Source: a virus
Taxonomy: Duplodnaviria > Caudoviricetes
DNA: 64,000 nucleotides
Strand: one strand, 5' to 3'
IMG/VR virus record: IMGVR_UViG_3300031760_000054
Location: 979-64,978 of that record
In this document: positions 8,928-18,126 of the stretch, in pieces
Numbering within the stretch: position 1 is the first letter of the stretch
Layout of the letters: each line of letters opens with the position of its first letter
Translations under genes and position numbers: made by a program
Notes under the pieces: model-generated
Seen by the model: only the letters and a program-made list of their open reading frames with translations
Databases searched by the model: none
What the model was told of the DNA's origin: nothing

Positions 8928-9013
8928 TCACAAACATCAGCAATCATCAACAATCAACAACATCAATCAACCGGTGATGACGGCACCGGACAGAAGAAAA
9001 GGAGATCAAAACC

Positions 9014-9952
9014 ATGACAGAGCTTATCAAGAACCAGCGTTTCGGAATCGAAGTTGAACTTACAGGCATCTCAAGGAGCAAGGCAGCCAAGGTAGTCGCG
9101 GAGGCACTCGGAAGCACAAGGATATCAGGTCCGTCGAACGGATGCTACGACAAGCGCGTGGTGCGCGACAGCGAAGGACGTGACTGGATCATCGAAAGAG
9201 ACAGCTCGATCGCACCGACGCACACGGACGGATCCTTCGCAGGTGATGACCACCGTGTAGAGTTCGTGACACCGGTCCTCTCCTACAAGGACATCGAGAC
9301 GCACCAGAACATCATCCGGGCGCTCCGCAAGGCAGGCGCGGTGGTCAACGAGTCCTGCGGGATCCACATCCACGTCGACGGCAGCAACCACAACGCAGCG
9401 AGCCTCCGCAGGCTGGTGGGCTTCATGGTAGGCAGACAGGATCTGATCTACGACGCACTCAACGTAGGAGAACGCAAAGAGCGGTGGTGCCGTCCGGTAT
9501 CAAAGAAGCTCTTCCGCAGGATGAAGGCCGAGGGCGAGATCACAAGAACAGCTGCAGAACAGATCTGGTACAGCCGGGCGAACGACGATTACAGCTACGG
9601 CATTGACCACCAGCACTACAACTCCACCCGCTATCACGGCCTCAATCTCCACGCATTCTTCTCCAAAGGGACCATCGAGTTCCGCCTCTTCAACAGCACC
9701 CTCCACGCAGGGAAGATCAAAGCATACGTCCAGTTCTGCCTGGCTCTCAGCGCATGGGCGATCACTTCCGAAGACAATTTCTCATTCCGCTCCACCAAGA
9801 ACTATACGGCAGTCCAGAAGGAACGCCTGATGCACACACTCCTCACCCACAGGCTCGGCCTTAGCGGTAAGGAATTCAAGACCTGCAGGCTGCACATGCT
9901 GGCAGAGCTCCGCAAGAACGCAGGGCTTGATGCAGGAGCGGAAGCAGCGTAA
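9014..9952 (+). CDS. Putative amidoligase (Amidoligase_2 family)
   Basis: FGIEVE, VEFVTPVL, CGIHIH, TIEFRLF motifs. Confidence 0.9.
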   Translation: MTELIKNQRFGIEVELTGISRSKAAKVVAEALGSTRISGPSNGCYDKRVVRDSEGRDWIIERDSSIAPTHTDGSFAGDDHRVEFVTPVLSYKDIETHQNIIRALRKAGAVVNESCGIHIHVDGSNHNAASLRRLVGFMVGRQDLIYDALNVGERKERWCRPVSKKLFRRMKAEGEITRTAAEQIWYSRANDDYSYGIDHQHYNSTRYHGLNLHAFFSKGTIEFRLFNSTLHAGKIKAYVQFCLALSAWAITSEDNFSFRSTKNYTAVQKERLMHTLLTHRLGLSGKEFKTCRLHMLAELRKNAGLDAGAEAA

Positions 9953-10089
9953 GGAGGCGAGACATGAGCTACGAGGAGATCATCAGCAACCTGATCACAT
10001 ACGGAATGAACTCCGGGCGTGAAAGCGCCCCGGAGCTTCCGGAAGACGAAACAATTCATGGAACGAAGGTAGGATAAGGAGGATCCGAT

Positions 10090-10269
10090 ATGAAGCGCTA
10101 CGAACTTTCATGGACATACTACGATACAGATGGTTACGAGGACGGGAGGAATATCATCAGGGCAAAATCTCCGTCAGAAGCGGAGAGAAGGTTCTACAAG
10201 CATAACCGTCCGGTATGGCTTACATGTGATGGACGCGGGTACAGCGTCAACAGTATCAGGGAGGTGTGA
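10090..10269 (+). CDS. 59-aa hypothetical protein
   Basis: Hand-translated MKRYELSWTYYDTDGYEDGR... after GGAGG; abuts GGCT. Confidence 0.55.
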   Translation: MKRYELSWTYYDTDGYEDGRNIIRAKSPSEAERRFYKHNRPVWLTCDGRGYSVNSIREV

Positions 10270-10270
10270 T

Positions 10271-10756
10271 ATGGCAAGGATCAGAAGATCGGCAGGCAGG
10301 CGGAAGTTTTACATCGCCTATGGGAGCAATCTGGATAAGGCCAGGATGGCTCAGCGGTGTCCTCAGGCTGTCCCATATGCCTCAGGGTGGCTCGATGGCT
10401 GGGAGCTCATTTACAGAGGTTCCAAGACCGGGAACTACGCGACGATCCGGCCGGCAAAGAAGGAGTTCGTCCCTGTCGGCATCTGGCAGATTACCAAGCT
10501 CGATGAAGCGATGCTCGACAGGTACGAGGGATACCCCACATTCTACCACAAGAAGACCATCACGGCGCGCCTTGATTCCGGCGAGCTCATCGAAGGACTT
10601 GTCTACATAATGAGGAAGGACGCGAAGCCGGGACCGCCGAGCGAGTTCTACATCGATACGATCTACCAGGGCTACAAGGACTTCGGTCTTGATTTCACAT
10701 ACCTGCGTGACAGCCTGTACCTGAATCTCCGTGAAATCAGAAAAGGGAGGCCGTAA
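10271..10756 (+). CDS. Gamma-glutamylcyclotransferase (AIG2-like)
   Basis: YIAYGSNL, LDRYEGYPTFY motifs; ATG 10271 after GGAGG. Confidence 0.9.
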   Translation: MARIRRSAGRRKFYIAYGSNLDKARMAQRCPQAVPYASGWLDGWELIYRGSKTGNYATIRPAKKEFVPVGIWQITKLDEAMLDRYEGYPTFYHKKTITARLDSGELIEGLVYIMRKDAKPGPPSEFYIDTIYQGYKDFGLDFTYLRDSLYLNLREIRKGRP

Positions 10757-10775
10757 GACCTCCCCTTCCCGCCTG

Positions 10776-11045
10776 TCAATGCCGTTGCAGCGGCTTCCCC
10801 GTGCGCCTTGTCCCTTGGCGCGTATGAGTCACACGCGGTTCGGTATCCGGCTCGCGCACGATCAGTTCGTTGAGATCACAGTCGAGGGCCTCACAGATCA
10901 GATCAAGGTGTTCCAGATTGACCCTCTCCGCTATCTCGTGGTACAACTCACCGATAGTGTTCGGCCGGATCCCCGTAGCGCGGGACAGATCCGCCTGCGT
11001 CAGACGCAGCTCACCGAGTTTTTTTGACAGTAAAATACGTATCAT
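10776..11045 (-). CDS. Cro/C1-type HTH regulator
   Basis: LTQADLSRATGIRPNTI...LDLICEALDC. Confidence 0.8.
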   Translation of the reverse strand: MIRILLSKKLGELRLTQADLSRATGIRPNTIGELYHEIAERVNLEHLDLICEALDCDLNELIVREPDTEPRVTHTRQGTRRTGKPLQRH

Positions 11046-11217
11046 GCCATTGCTCCTTCCGTTACAAATTACCATCACACGATGGTTCCGAAGGATTTTT
11101 GTTATAAAATATCGTATTACGTTATTGTGTCCGTTTAGCGTGTGTCCGAAACGCCAATGTAGTGCGTAAATTCGAATCACGAAATAGTATTAAATCCTAT
11201 ATTTATAGTATTTTTGT

Positions 11218-11246
11218 TGACATTGCAACCACTGTTTGATACCATT
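11218..11246 (+). promoter_or_regulatory. Extended -10 sigma70 promoter
   Basis: TTGACA-17 bp-TG.TACCAT; upstream TTTATAGTATTTTT tract shared with the 8.45-kb promoter region. Confidence 0.6.
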
Positions 11247-11302
11247 TGCATAGAAAGTAAATGAACGGAAGTATTCAAAAGGAGAACGAAATGGAATTCA
11301 TA

Positions 11303-11324
11303 CCCGCCCCGGAGGTTACGAGGG
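11303..11324 (+). repeat. 22-bp leader motif, copy 4 (opposite strand)
   Basis: CCCGCCCCGGAGGTTACGAGGG followed by CAGAAAGGA RBS and ATG. Confidence 0.9.
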
Positions 11325-11338
11325 CAGAAAGGATAAAA

Positions 11339-11839
11339 ATGGGAAAAAATAAGAGCCAGGGAGAACTGATACAGGACAAGTATATGGAACACGAGGAGCT
11401 GACCGCTGTGCTCGAGGCCATGGAGGTGCAGAGATGGGCGCTGCTCACCCGGTTCCTCTGCCTCTCCGGCCTCCGGATCGGAGAGCTCGTCGCCCTCGAT
11501 GACAAGGATATAGACGATGAATATATCCACGTCTCAAAGACGTATTCCCTTGCCACCCACAAGGTCAGCACGCCGAAGACAGCCGGCATCGTCCGGGATG
11601 TCTGCATCCAGCCGGAACTCGCCGCAGTGATCAGTGATATACGCAAGTATATGCGCATGCAGAAGCTCCGCCTCGACGCGCCGTCGAAGCTGTTTTTTCC
11701 GGACGAAGACGGCGGCTATCTGCACTATGACAACTATCGGATATATTTCAAAAGTATCTGCAAGAAGACGATCGGAAGGCCCATCACGCCGCACGCGTGC
11801 CGGCACACGATGGTCAGTGAGGGGGTGTGCTCCTTATGA
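11339..11839 (+). pseudogene. Truncated tyrosine integrase remnant
   Basis: Retains SGLRIGE, TPKT and HACRH, then stops before the H/W and catalytic Tyr; no N-terminal domains. Confidence 0.8.
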
Positions 11840-12021
11840 CAGTCAGGCAGTTCAGAAAACAAGTGGAAGTCGCCCTCCGGTGCGGTGAGGCTTATCTTCC
11901 TGACAAGAGCCGGCTCTACTGCTGGGAAGACGGCGAATGGTCCATAAGGGACAGGTACGGTAATACTGTCGACACGGCCCACAGGCCGGAAGACCTTGAA
12001 TATCTATTTGATAAGGAGTAG
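11836..12021 (+). CDS. Hypothetical protein
   Basis: ATG after GAGGGGG; abuts the next gene. Confidence 0.5.
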   Translation: MTVRQFRKQVEVALRCGEAYLPDKSRLYCWEDGEWSIRDRYGNTVDTAHRPEDLEYLFDKE

Positions 12022-12023
12022 AA

Positions 12024-13085
12024 ATGGCAAAGTATTCAGTAACTTACAAATGCGGCCATACCGGCACGGTCGAGCTTTTCGGCAAGACCAGTGACAGGGA
12101 ATGGCGTCTTGAACAGCTGGCGAAAGGGAACTGCCCCGATTGCGAAGAGGCGGAACTGAGGAAGGTTATCGCAAACTTCAATGCGGAACGTGAGCTTCCA
12201 GCCCTTTCCGGTACAGACAGGCAGGTGGCGTGGGCCGACAAGCTCCGCATGTACGCCATCCGCATGATCGAGGATGAATACGGAAGGATGCCAGACAGCA
12301 GCCCGGACAAGGAGCCGATGTCGCAGGTGCTCCAGGAGATGTACTCCATCTCTGATGCCCGCTTCTGGATCGATCACAGGGATGACGGCAAATACGTCAT
12401 TGTGAGCACGGTCGCTAAGAGGGTCAAAACTAAGGAAGGACCGAAACCAGCTGGTCACGATCCTGAGTATCTTGCGCGTCTGGATGGCGCTGAACAAAGG
12501 AAGGATGGCGTTGCGAGGATCAAGATATCCGGAGAACACATTTCTTTTGAATACACGAAAGATGATTCCTTCCGGAAGGTATTGAAGGAACATGACTGCA
12601 GGTGGTCTGGTACGGAGTGGGTGAAAAAGACAGCACCGAAAAAGGGAACTGCTGAAGACATTGCTGCGGAGATTGGGAGACACCTTCTGTCTGAAGGCTT
12701 CACAGTATCATTCCCTTCCGTGGCCGTGAAAGAAAAAGCCGTCAACATGACTTATGAACCGGAACGCACCCGCTGGATCCAGAAGGAAAATGATACACAT
12801 GTCTTCCTGTCATGGCGGGACCGAAACGATACACTGTATCATGCGGCGAAGAGCCTCAAGTCTGCCAGGTATAAGGACGGTGTGTTCATCGTATCAGCTG
12901 AATACTATGACTGCATCGAGGACTTCGCTGAGGCACATGGTTTCTGGATATCGCCAAAGGCCAAGGATGTCCTGGCGCAATGCCGGGCAAAGGTGACAGG
13001 AGCTGACCAAGTGCATCTCACCGAGCCGGAAAAGCCGGAGGAACCGGAGACAGATCTTCTGGCGGAACTCACGGAAGAGGACTGA
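12024..13085 (+). CDS. Hypothetical protein with N-terminal zinc ribbon (CGH...CPDC)
   Basis: 353 aa; internal region paralogous to 13087..13650. Confidence 0.8.
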   Translation: MAKYSVTYKCGHTGTVELFGKTSDREWRLEQLAKGNCPDCEEAELRKVIANFNAERELPALSGTDRQVAWADKLRMYAIRMIEDEYGRMPDSSPDKEPMSQVLQEMYSISDARFWIDHRDDGKYVIVSTVAKRVKTKEGPKPAGHDPEYLARLDGAEQRKDGVARIKISGEHISFEYTKDDSFRKVLKEHDCRWSGTEWVKKTAPKKGTAEDIAAEIGRHLLSEGFTVSFPSVAVKEKAVNMTYEPERTRWIQKENDTHVFLSWRDRNDTLYHAAKSLKSARYKDGVFIVSAEYYDCIEDFAEAHGFWISPKAKDVLAQCRAKVTGADQVHLTEPEKPEEPETDLLAELTEED

Positions 13086-13086
13086 T

Positions 13087-13650
13087 ATGCTTTATATTGA
13101 CAACCCTGCGGACGTATTCCGCATCGAGAGAGAAATGGGGCTCCCTGATCTCAGCGGGAGCACGAAGCAGGTCAAATGGGCACGGAAGATACGCGTGAAC
13201 ATACTGGTCCCGCTGAAGTACCTGAGCGAGCACGGAGAACCTGTATATGCCGAAGTCTTTCAGAGATATCTCGCAGAAACGCAGGCAAGGTTCTGGATCG
13301 ATGACCGTAACCGCCAGTCCGGATATCTTAGTTCGGCCAACATGGTCTACTTTATGCAGGAATTCCCGGAGATGCATGTCTATACGCCAAAGACCAAGGT
13401 CAAGGATGGTATCGTGGACATTATCCACTTGGATGGCGGCGTTTACTATAAATACAAGCGTGACCGGGATTTCAAGCGGATCGTTGAGAACTGCTGCAGG
13501 TATGTCGGCGGGGCGTGGTACGGGTACGACACATCCCTCAGGCGTGTGCCCAGAGACCTTCTGATGAGCGGGTTCACCATAAACTGCGACACGGAACTCG
13601 TGGTCGATACCGCGATCGAAATACCGGAGGATTTGCTGGATGAAGATTGA
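13087..13650 (+). CDS. Hypothetical protein, paralog of the upstream gene
   Basis: LPDLSGSTKQVKWARKIR and ARFWIDDR match the upstream gene. Confidence 0.75.
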   Translation: MLYIDNPADVFRIEREMGLPDLSGSTKQVKWARKIRVNILVPLKYLSEHGEPVYAEVFQRYLAETQARFWIDDRNRQSGYLSSANMVYFMQEFPEMHVYTPKTKVKDGIVDIIHLDGGVYYKYKRDRDFKRIVENCCRYVGGAWYGYDTSLRRVPRDLLMSGFTINCDTELVVDTAIEIPEDLLDED

Positions 13651-15073
13651 GACATCACTGCTCCCCCATCAGGAAGCGGCTGTCGGAAAACTTGGGCGTT
13701 TGAAGGTCGGAGCCCTGTTCATGGAGCAGGGTACCGGAAAGACCAGGACAGCCCTCGAGCTGATCAGCAGGCGCATGGACAAGGGAAAGGTCAACGCCGT
13801 TCTCTGGCTGTGCCCCTGCAGCGTCAAGAAGAACCTGCGTGAGGATATCATCTATCACTGCGGAGGGATGCCGGACAGGATCGTGATCAAGGGTATTGAA
13901 TCCATATCATCTTCCAGCCGGCTGTACCTGAAGCTCATCGACCTCGTGCACAGATACAAAGTGTTCCTCATAGTGGACGAATCCTCGCTGTGCAAGAATC
14001 CCTTCGCCATACGCTCCAGCCGTATCGTAGAGCTGTCGAGGCACTGTACCTACAAGCTGATCCTTAACGGAACGCCAATAAGCAAGAACGAAGCAGATCT
14101 GTTCGGTCAGTTCTTCATACTTGACTGGCGGATACTCGGCTACAAGTCCTACTACAGCTTTTCTGCCAACCATCTCGAATACCGCACCATCAAGCTCCCG
14201 AACGGCGGAGAATATAAGACAGACCAGGTGCTCAGGGTATTGAATACGGCGTATCTGGCGGAGAAGATAGCACCCTATACCTATCAGGTCAAGAAGGAAG
14301 AATGCATCCCGCTCCCGGAGAAACGGTATCACGTGAAATACTTTGAGCTATCCATGGAGCAAAGCGGTATCTATGATGATACGAAATTCACCTTCCTGGA
14401 GAACGTGGACGAGTTCCGGAGCGAGACGATCTACAAATTCTTCACAGCCCTGCAGCACGTTACATCCGGGCGGGTCGTCACATCAGCTGCGGATGCGAGG
14501 ATGACGACCGAAGAGATCTTCGCGAATCCGGAAGACAACCCAAGAATTCAGGCGCTCTCGGAAATAATCACCGGGATAGGCTCCTCAAAAGCCATCATAT
14601 TCGTCAAGTACAGGAGCGAGGCTAAAGAGATTATGGACCTTCTCAGGAGCCTTGACAGGAGCTGTGCGGAGTTCACAGGACGGTGCACAGCGAAACAACG
14701 GCAGCAGAACCGCGCCCTCTTCCGGGAAGGGACACAGTTCCTTGTGGCCAACAAAGTGTGCGGGGCATACGGGCTGAACCTTCAGTTCTGCCATAACGTC
14801 ATCTTCTACAATAACGATTTCGACTACGCCACAAGGGCACAGGCCGAAGACCGTGTCCACCGGTACGGGCAGGAGCACGAGGTGCATATCTACGACATAT
14901 GCGCTGCCGGCACGATCGACGACTTCATCCGGGATAACCTTCTTCGGAAGGAGAACCTTGCGGATGCGTTCCGGAAGAATGTTGATCAGATCAAGGAGAA
15001 GAAATGGAGATCGAACAATGGAAAAAAGGTACCTGAACAAAAACGTGTACGAAGCCGCAAAAGAACGGGTTGA
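13640..15073 (+). CDS. SNF2-family helicase/ATPase
   Basis: MEQGTGKT Walker A, LIVDES Walker B, LNGTP, YGLNLQ, QAEDRVHRYGQ. Confidence 0.9.
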   Translation: MKIETSLLPHQEAAVGKLGRLKVGALFMEQGTGKTRTALELISRRMDKGKVNAVLWLCPCSVKKNLREDIIYHCGGMPDRIVIKGIESISSSSRLYLKLIDLVHRYKVFLIVDESSLCKNPFAIRSSRIVELSRHCTYKLILNGTPISKNEADLFGQFFILDWRILGYKSYYSFSANHLEYRTIKLPNGGEYKTDQVLRVLNTAYLAEKIAPYTYQVKKEECIPLPEKRYHVKYFELSMEQSGIYDDTKFTFLENVDEFRSETIYKFFTALQHVTSGRVVTSAADARMTTEEIFANPEDNPRIQALSEIITGIGSSKAIIFVKYRSEAKEIMDLLRSLDRSCAEFTGRCTAKQRQQNRALFREGTQFLVANKVCGAYGLNLQFCHNVIFYNNDFDYATRAQAEDRVHRYGQEHEVHIYDICAAGTIDDFIRDNLLRKENLADAFRKNVDQIKEKKWRSNNGKKVPEQKRVRSRKRTG

Positions 15074-16319
15074 GTACATCTATTCGGAATTCGACAAGGT
15101 CATTATCGCTTTCTCCGGAGGGAAAGACAGTTCGGTTCTCATGAACCTGGCGTATGACTACGCTGCGGAGCACGACAGGATCGGAGACCTTGCCATGTTC
15201 CATCTGGATTATGAGGCGCAGTACCAGATGACCACGGACTTCGTGTCCGACTGCTTCTTTAACCAGTTCCCCGGAATACGGAAATTCTGGCTCTGCCTTC
15301 CCTTCAGTGCCCAGTGCGCCTGCCGCATGGACGGAGCTTACTGGCTCCCGTGGGACAGGGATGCGCGGCACCTCTGGGTGCGTGAGATGCCCGTCAATCC
15401 GTACGTGATCAACGAGGACAATGTGCCGTTCCCGTTCCGCAAGGGGACAGCTGATTACGACGTGCAGGAAGAGTTCGGGCGATGGTTCCAGAAGGATACC
15501 GGGAAGAAGACCGCAGTCCTGATCGGGATCCGCGCCGACGAATCACTGAACAGGTTCCGGGCTATCAAGGGCAACCACAAGGTGCGCGCCTATAAGGACA
15601 CGAATTATATCCTTGCCGAGAGCAATATGCTGGCCAACGCGTATCCGCTGTATGACTGGACAGCTCCGGACATCTGGACGTACAATGCCCGGTTCGGCAA
15701 GCCGTACAACAAGCTGTACGACCTCTATTATCAGGCAGGCGTGCCGGTAGTAAAGATGCGGGTGGCCAGTCCGTTCAATGACTGCGCAATGGATTCCCTT
15801 CACCTCTACAAGGTGATCGACCCGGTGAACTGGGGAAAGATGGTCGGAAGGGTCAACGGCGTCAATATGGCATCCCTCTATGGCGGGACTACGGCAATGG
15901 GCTGGAAGAACATCACAAAGCCGGCGCACTTCACATGGAAGGAATACTGCTTCTTCCTGCTGAACACGCTCCCGGAGGAGACGAGGGCGAACTACCTTGC
16001 CAAGCTGAAGACCAGCATCAAGTTCTGGCACGACAGGGGCGGTGCCCTTGACGAGGAGACCATCCGGGAACTTGAAGAAGCCGGAGTGCGGTTCGAGAAC
16101 CAAGGTAAGAAGTGTAAGACATCGACCAAAGACGTATGCACCTTCGAGGATTATCCGGATGAGGCAGCAGTCACGAAATTCAAGGAAGTCCCTTCCTACA
16201 AGCGTATGTGTGTCTGTATCATCAAGAACGATTATCTCTGCAAATACATGGGCTTCGCTCCCACCAAGGCGGAAGCAATGCGCAGGTCTGCAGCTATCGA
16301 GAAATACAAGAACCTGTAA
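15018..16319 (+). CDS. IbrA/YbdN-like PAPS-reductase-fold protein (DUF3440)
   Basis: AFSGGKDS PP-loop, GIRADESLNRF, YPLYDW, MRVASPF, RMCVCIIKND. Confidence 0.9.
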   Translation: MEKRYLNKNVYEAAKERVEYIYSEFDKVIIAFSGGKDSSVLMNLAYDYAAEHDRIGDLAMFHLDYEAQYQMTTDFVSDCFFNQFPGIRKFWLCLPFSAQCACRMDGAYWLPWDRDARHLWVREMPVNPYVINEDNVPFPFRKGTADYDVQEEFGRWFQKDTGKKTAVLIGIRADESLNRFRAIKGNHKVRAYKDTNYILAESNMLANAYPLYDWTAPDIWTYNARFGKPYNKLYDLYYQAGVPVVKMRVASPFNDCAMDSLHLYKVIDPVNWGKMVGRVNGVNMASLYGGTTAMGWKNITKPAHFTWKEYCFFLLNTLPEETRANYLAKLKTSIKFWHDRGGALDEETIRELEEAGVRFENQGKKCKTSTKDVCTFEDYPDEAAVTKFKEVPSYKRMCVCIIKNDYLCKYMGFAPTKAEAMRRSAAIEKYKNL

Positions 16320-16329
16320 GGAGGCAGTT

Positions 16330-16839
16330 ATGGAAGAATTCAAAAGCCCTGTGTACGGCATACAGGCGATCCCGATCGAGAAGATCAGGGCGAACACATG
16401 GAACCCGAACCATGTTGCCCCGCCCGAAATGAAACTGCTCTACCAGTCCATCAAGGTGGACGGGTATACAATGCCTATCGTCTGCTACTACATCCCGGAA
16501 GAGGATGTATATGAAATCGTGGACGGGTATCACCGGTACACGACGATGCTCCTGCACAAGGACATCTACGAGCGTGAGCACGGCCTGCTCCCTGTGTCCG
16601 TGATCGATAAGCCGGTCACGGAGCGCATGGCCAGCACTATACGCCACAACCGGGCAAGGGGCGAGCACAGCATAGATCTCATGGTCAACATCGTGGCGGA
16701 GCTGTCATCCGCAGGTATGTCGGACGCATGGATCATGAAAAATATCGGTATGGACGCGGAAGAGCTCCTCAGGCTGAAGCAGCTCTCCGGTCTGCAGGAA
16801 TTGTTCAAGGATGCGGATTTCTCCCGTGCATGGGAGTGA
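16330..16839 (+). CDS. IbrB/YbdM-like ParB/Sulfiredoxin-domain protein
   Basis: ANTWNPNHV, DGYTMPIV, IVDGYHR, STIRHNRARG. Confidence 0.9.
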   Translation: MEEFKSPVYGIQAIPIEKIRANTWNPNHVAPPEMKLLYQSIKVDGYTMPIVCYYIPEEDVYEIVDGYHRYTTMLLHKDIYEREHGLLPVSVIDKPVTERMASTIRHNRARGEHSIDLMVNIVAELSSAGMSDAWIMKNIGMDAEELLRLKQLSGLQELFKDADFSRAWE

Positions 16840-16855
16840 GGAAAGGAGAAAATAT

Positions 16856-17386
16856 ATGGATGTCAGTGTGTATCAGGTAGGAAAGGTAAGCGCAGATCTG
16901 ATCGGGAAGGAAAAGATAGTTTTCGACATCACCGACGTTGGCGGTATCCTCTATGTGCTTTTCAGCAGCCCGACAGAGAATGAGATCAGGCAGTTCAAAG
17001 AGGACATAGAGATCAGGTACGTGAAGGTCGGAAGCGTGTTCATGATGCTCTTCAAGTTCGGAAGCCTCAACTGGGTAGACGCACCGTACTCCCCGCACCT
17101 GTCGAAAATATCCGGGATTGCAGAGCCGGCAGACGGTGAGGGCATCGCCCTGCAGATCATATTCGGGGATGCCGATACGGGCATGGTCCACGGACTGCGC
17201 CTGATCGGGCTCTCAACGGAGTTCTCGCGTAAGCTGGCAGCGGATATATCTGCAGACCTTGGACATCCGTTCGACAAGAAGATGTATGGTCTCGACTTGG
17301 CCGCTGTTTTCAATACATATCCAACAAGTAAACTCGTTTCTATGGCAGAAACATCATGCAGGATAAGGAGGATCGATAATGTATAA
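16856..17386 (+). CDS. Hypothetical protein
   Basis: ATG 16856 after GAAAGGAG. Confidence 0.7.
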   Translation: MDVSVYQVGKVSADLIGKEKIVFDITDVGGILYVLFSSPTENEIRQFKEDIEIRYVKVGSVFMMLFKFGSLNWVDAPYSPHLSKISGIAEPADGEGIALQIIFGDADTGMVHGLRLIGLSTEFSRKLAADISADLGHPFDKKMYGLDLAAVFNTYPTSKLVSMAETSCRIRRIDNV

Positions 17387-17900
17387 CTACAACCCGCTCT
17401 GGAAGACGCTGGTCGACAAGGGCATGAAAAAGAAGGACCTGGTTGAAAAGGTCGGGCTTGCAAGGGGAACCGTCACGAAGATGGGGAAGAACGAACCGGT
17501 CAGCATCAAGGTCATTGACAGGCTCTGCGAAGCGCTCAACGTTGATATCTCGCAGATCGTGTCCTGCAGCCCGGAAGTCAGTGAGAACGATATGGTCTAC
17601 CTGACAATATCAAATGAGAATATTGGACGGCCGGGGCAGCCGGAATTCCGGGAGATGATTATCGCCCGCGGTACACTGCAGGAGTGCCGGCAGGTAGAAG
17701 AAGCGCAGCGCTGGCTGTTCAGGCAGAGCGATCCTGACGGAGTTGTGAGCGATGTGTATGTGGTCAGCGAGGCGGAGTATGAATCCAATAGGCTCGGCAT
17801 GTACGCATACAGCCAGCTCTCTCAGGAGGAGCGGTCGGACATCATCGATGTGGACGGAAAACGGTATATCCGGAAACTCTATGAGAAGAACCACCAATAA
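17379..17900 (+). CDS. Cro/C1-type HTH fused to an unknown C-terminal domain
   Basis: YNPLWKTLVDKGMKKKDL...VIDRLCEALNVDISQIV. Confidence 0.75.
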   Translation: MYNYNPLWKTLVDKGMKKKDLVEKVGLARGTVTKMGKNEPVSIKVIDRLCEALNVDISQIVSCSPEVSENDMVYLTISNENIGRPGQPEFREMIIARGTLQECRQVEEAQRWLFRQSDPDGVVSDVYVVSEAEYESNRLGMYAYSQLSQEERSDIIDVDGKRYIRKLYEKNHQ

Positions 17901-17908
17901 TCGGGCAT

Positions 17909-17945
17909 AAAAAAAGAGGGGCGGAATTGACCGCCCCTATCTTTA
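17909..17945. terminator. Bidirectional terminator between the accessory island and the lysin
   Basis: AAAAAAAG-AGGGGCGG-aattga-CCGCCCCT-atcttt. Confidence 0.75.
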
Positions 17946-18126
17946 TACCTTGAACCAGCCTTGATCCAATCTTGAACCAGCTTGAACCATTCTCGATTGA
18001 ATCCTTAATTGAATCTCGATTGAACTAACTCAATTCAATCGAGTTAAACTCGAATCTAACTCGAATCGTTGCGTTACCGGCAAGTTAGCGTTGAGTTATT
18101 CAAGTAATGATAATTGTAATTACTTT

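Noticed and set aside
8930-9000. CAA/CAT-rich tract and hairpin before the amidoligase
   Set aside because: Consistent with an unstructured leader plus an ordinary stem-loop; no further evidence of function
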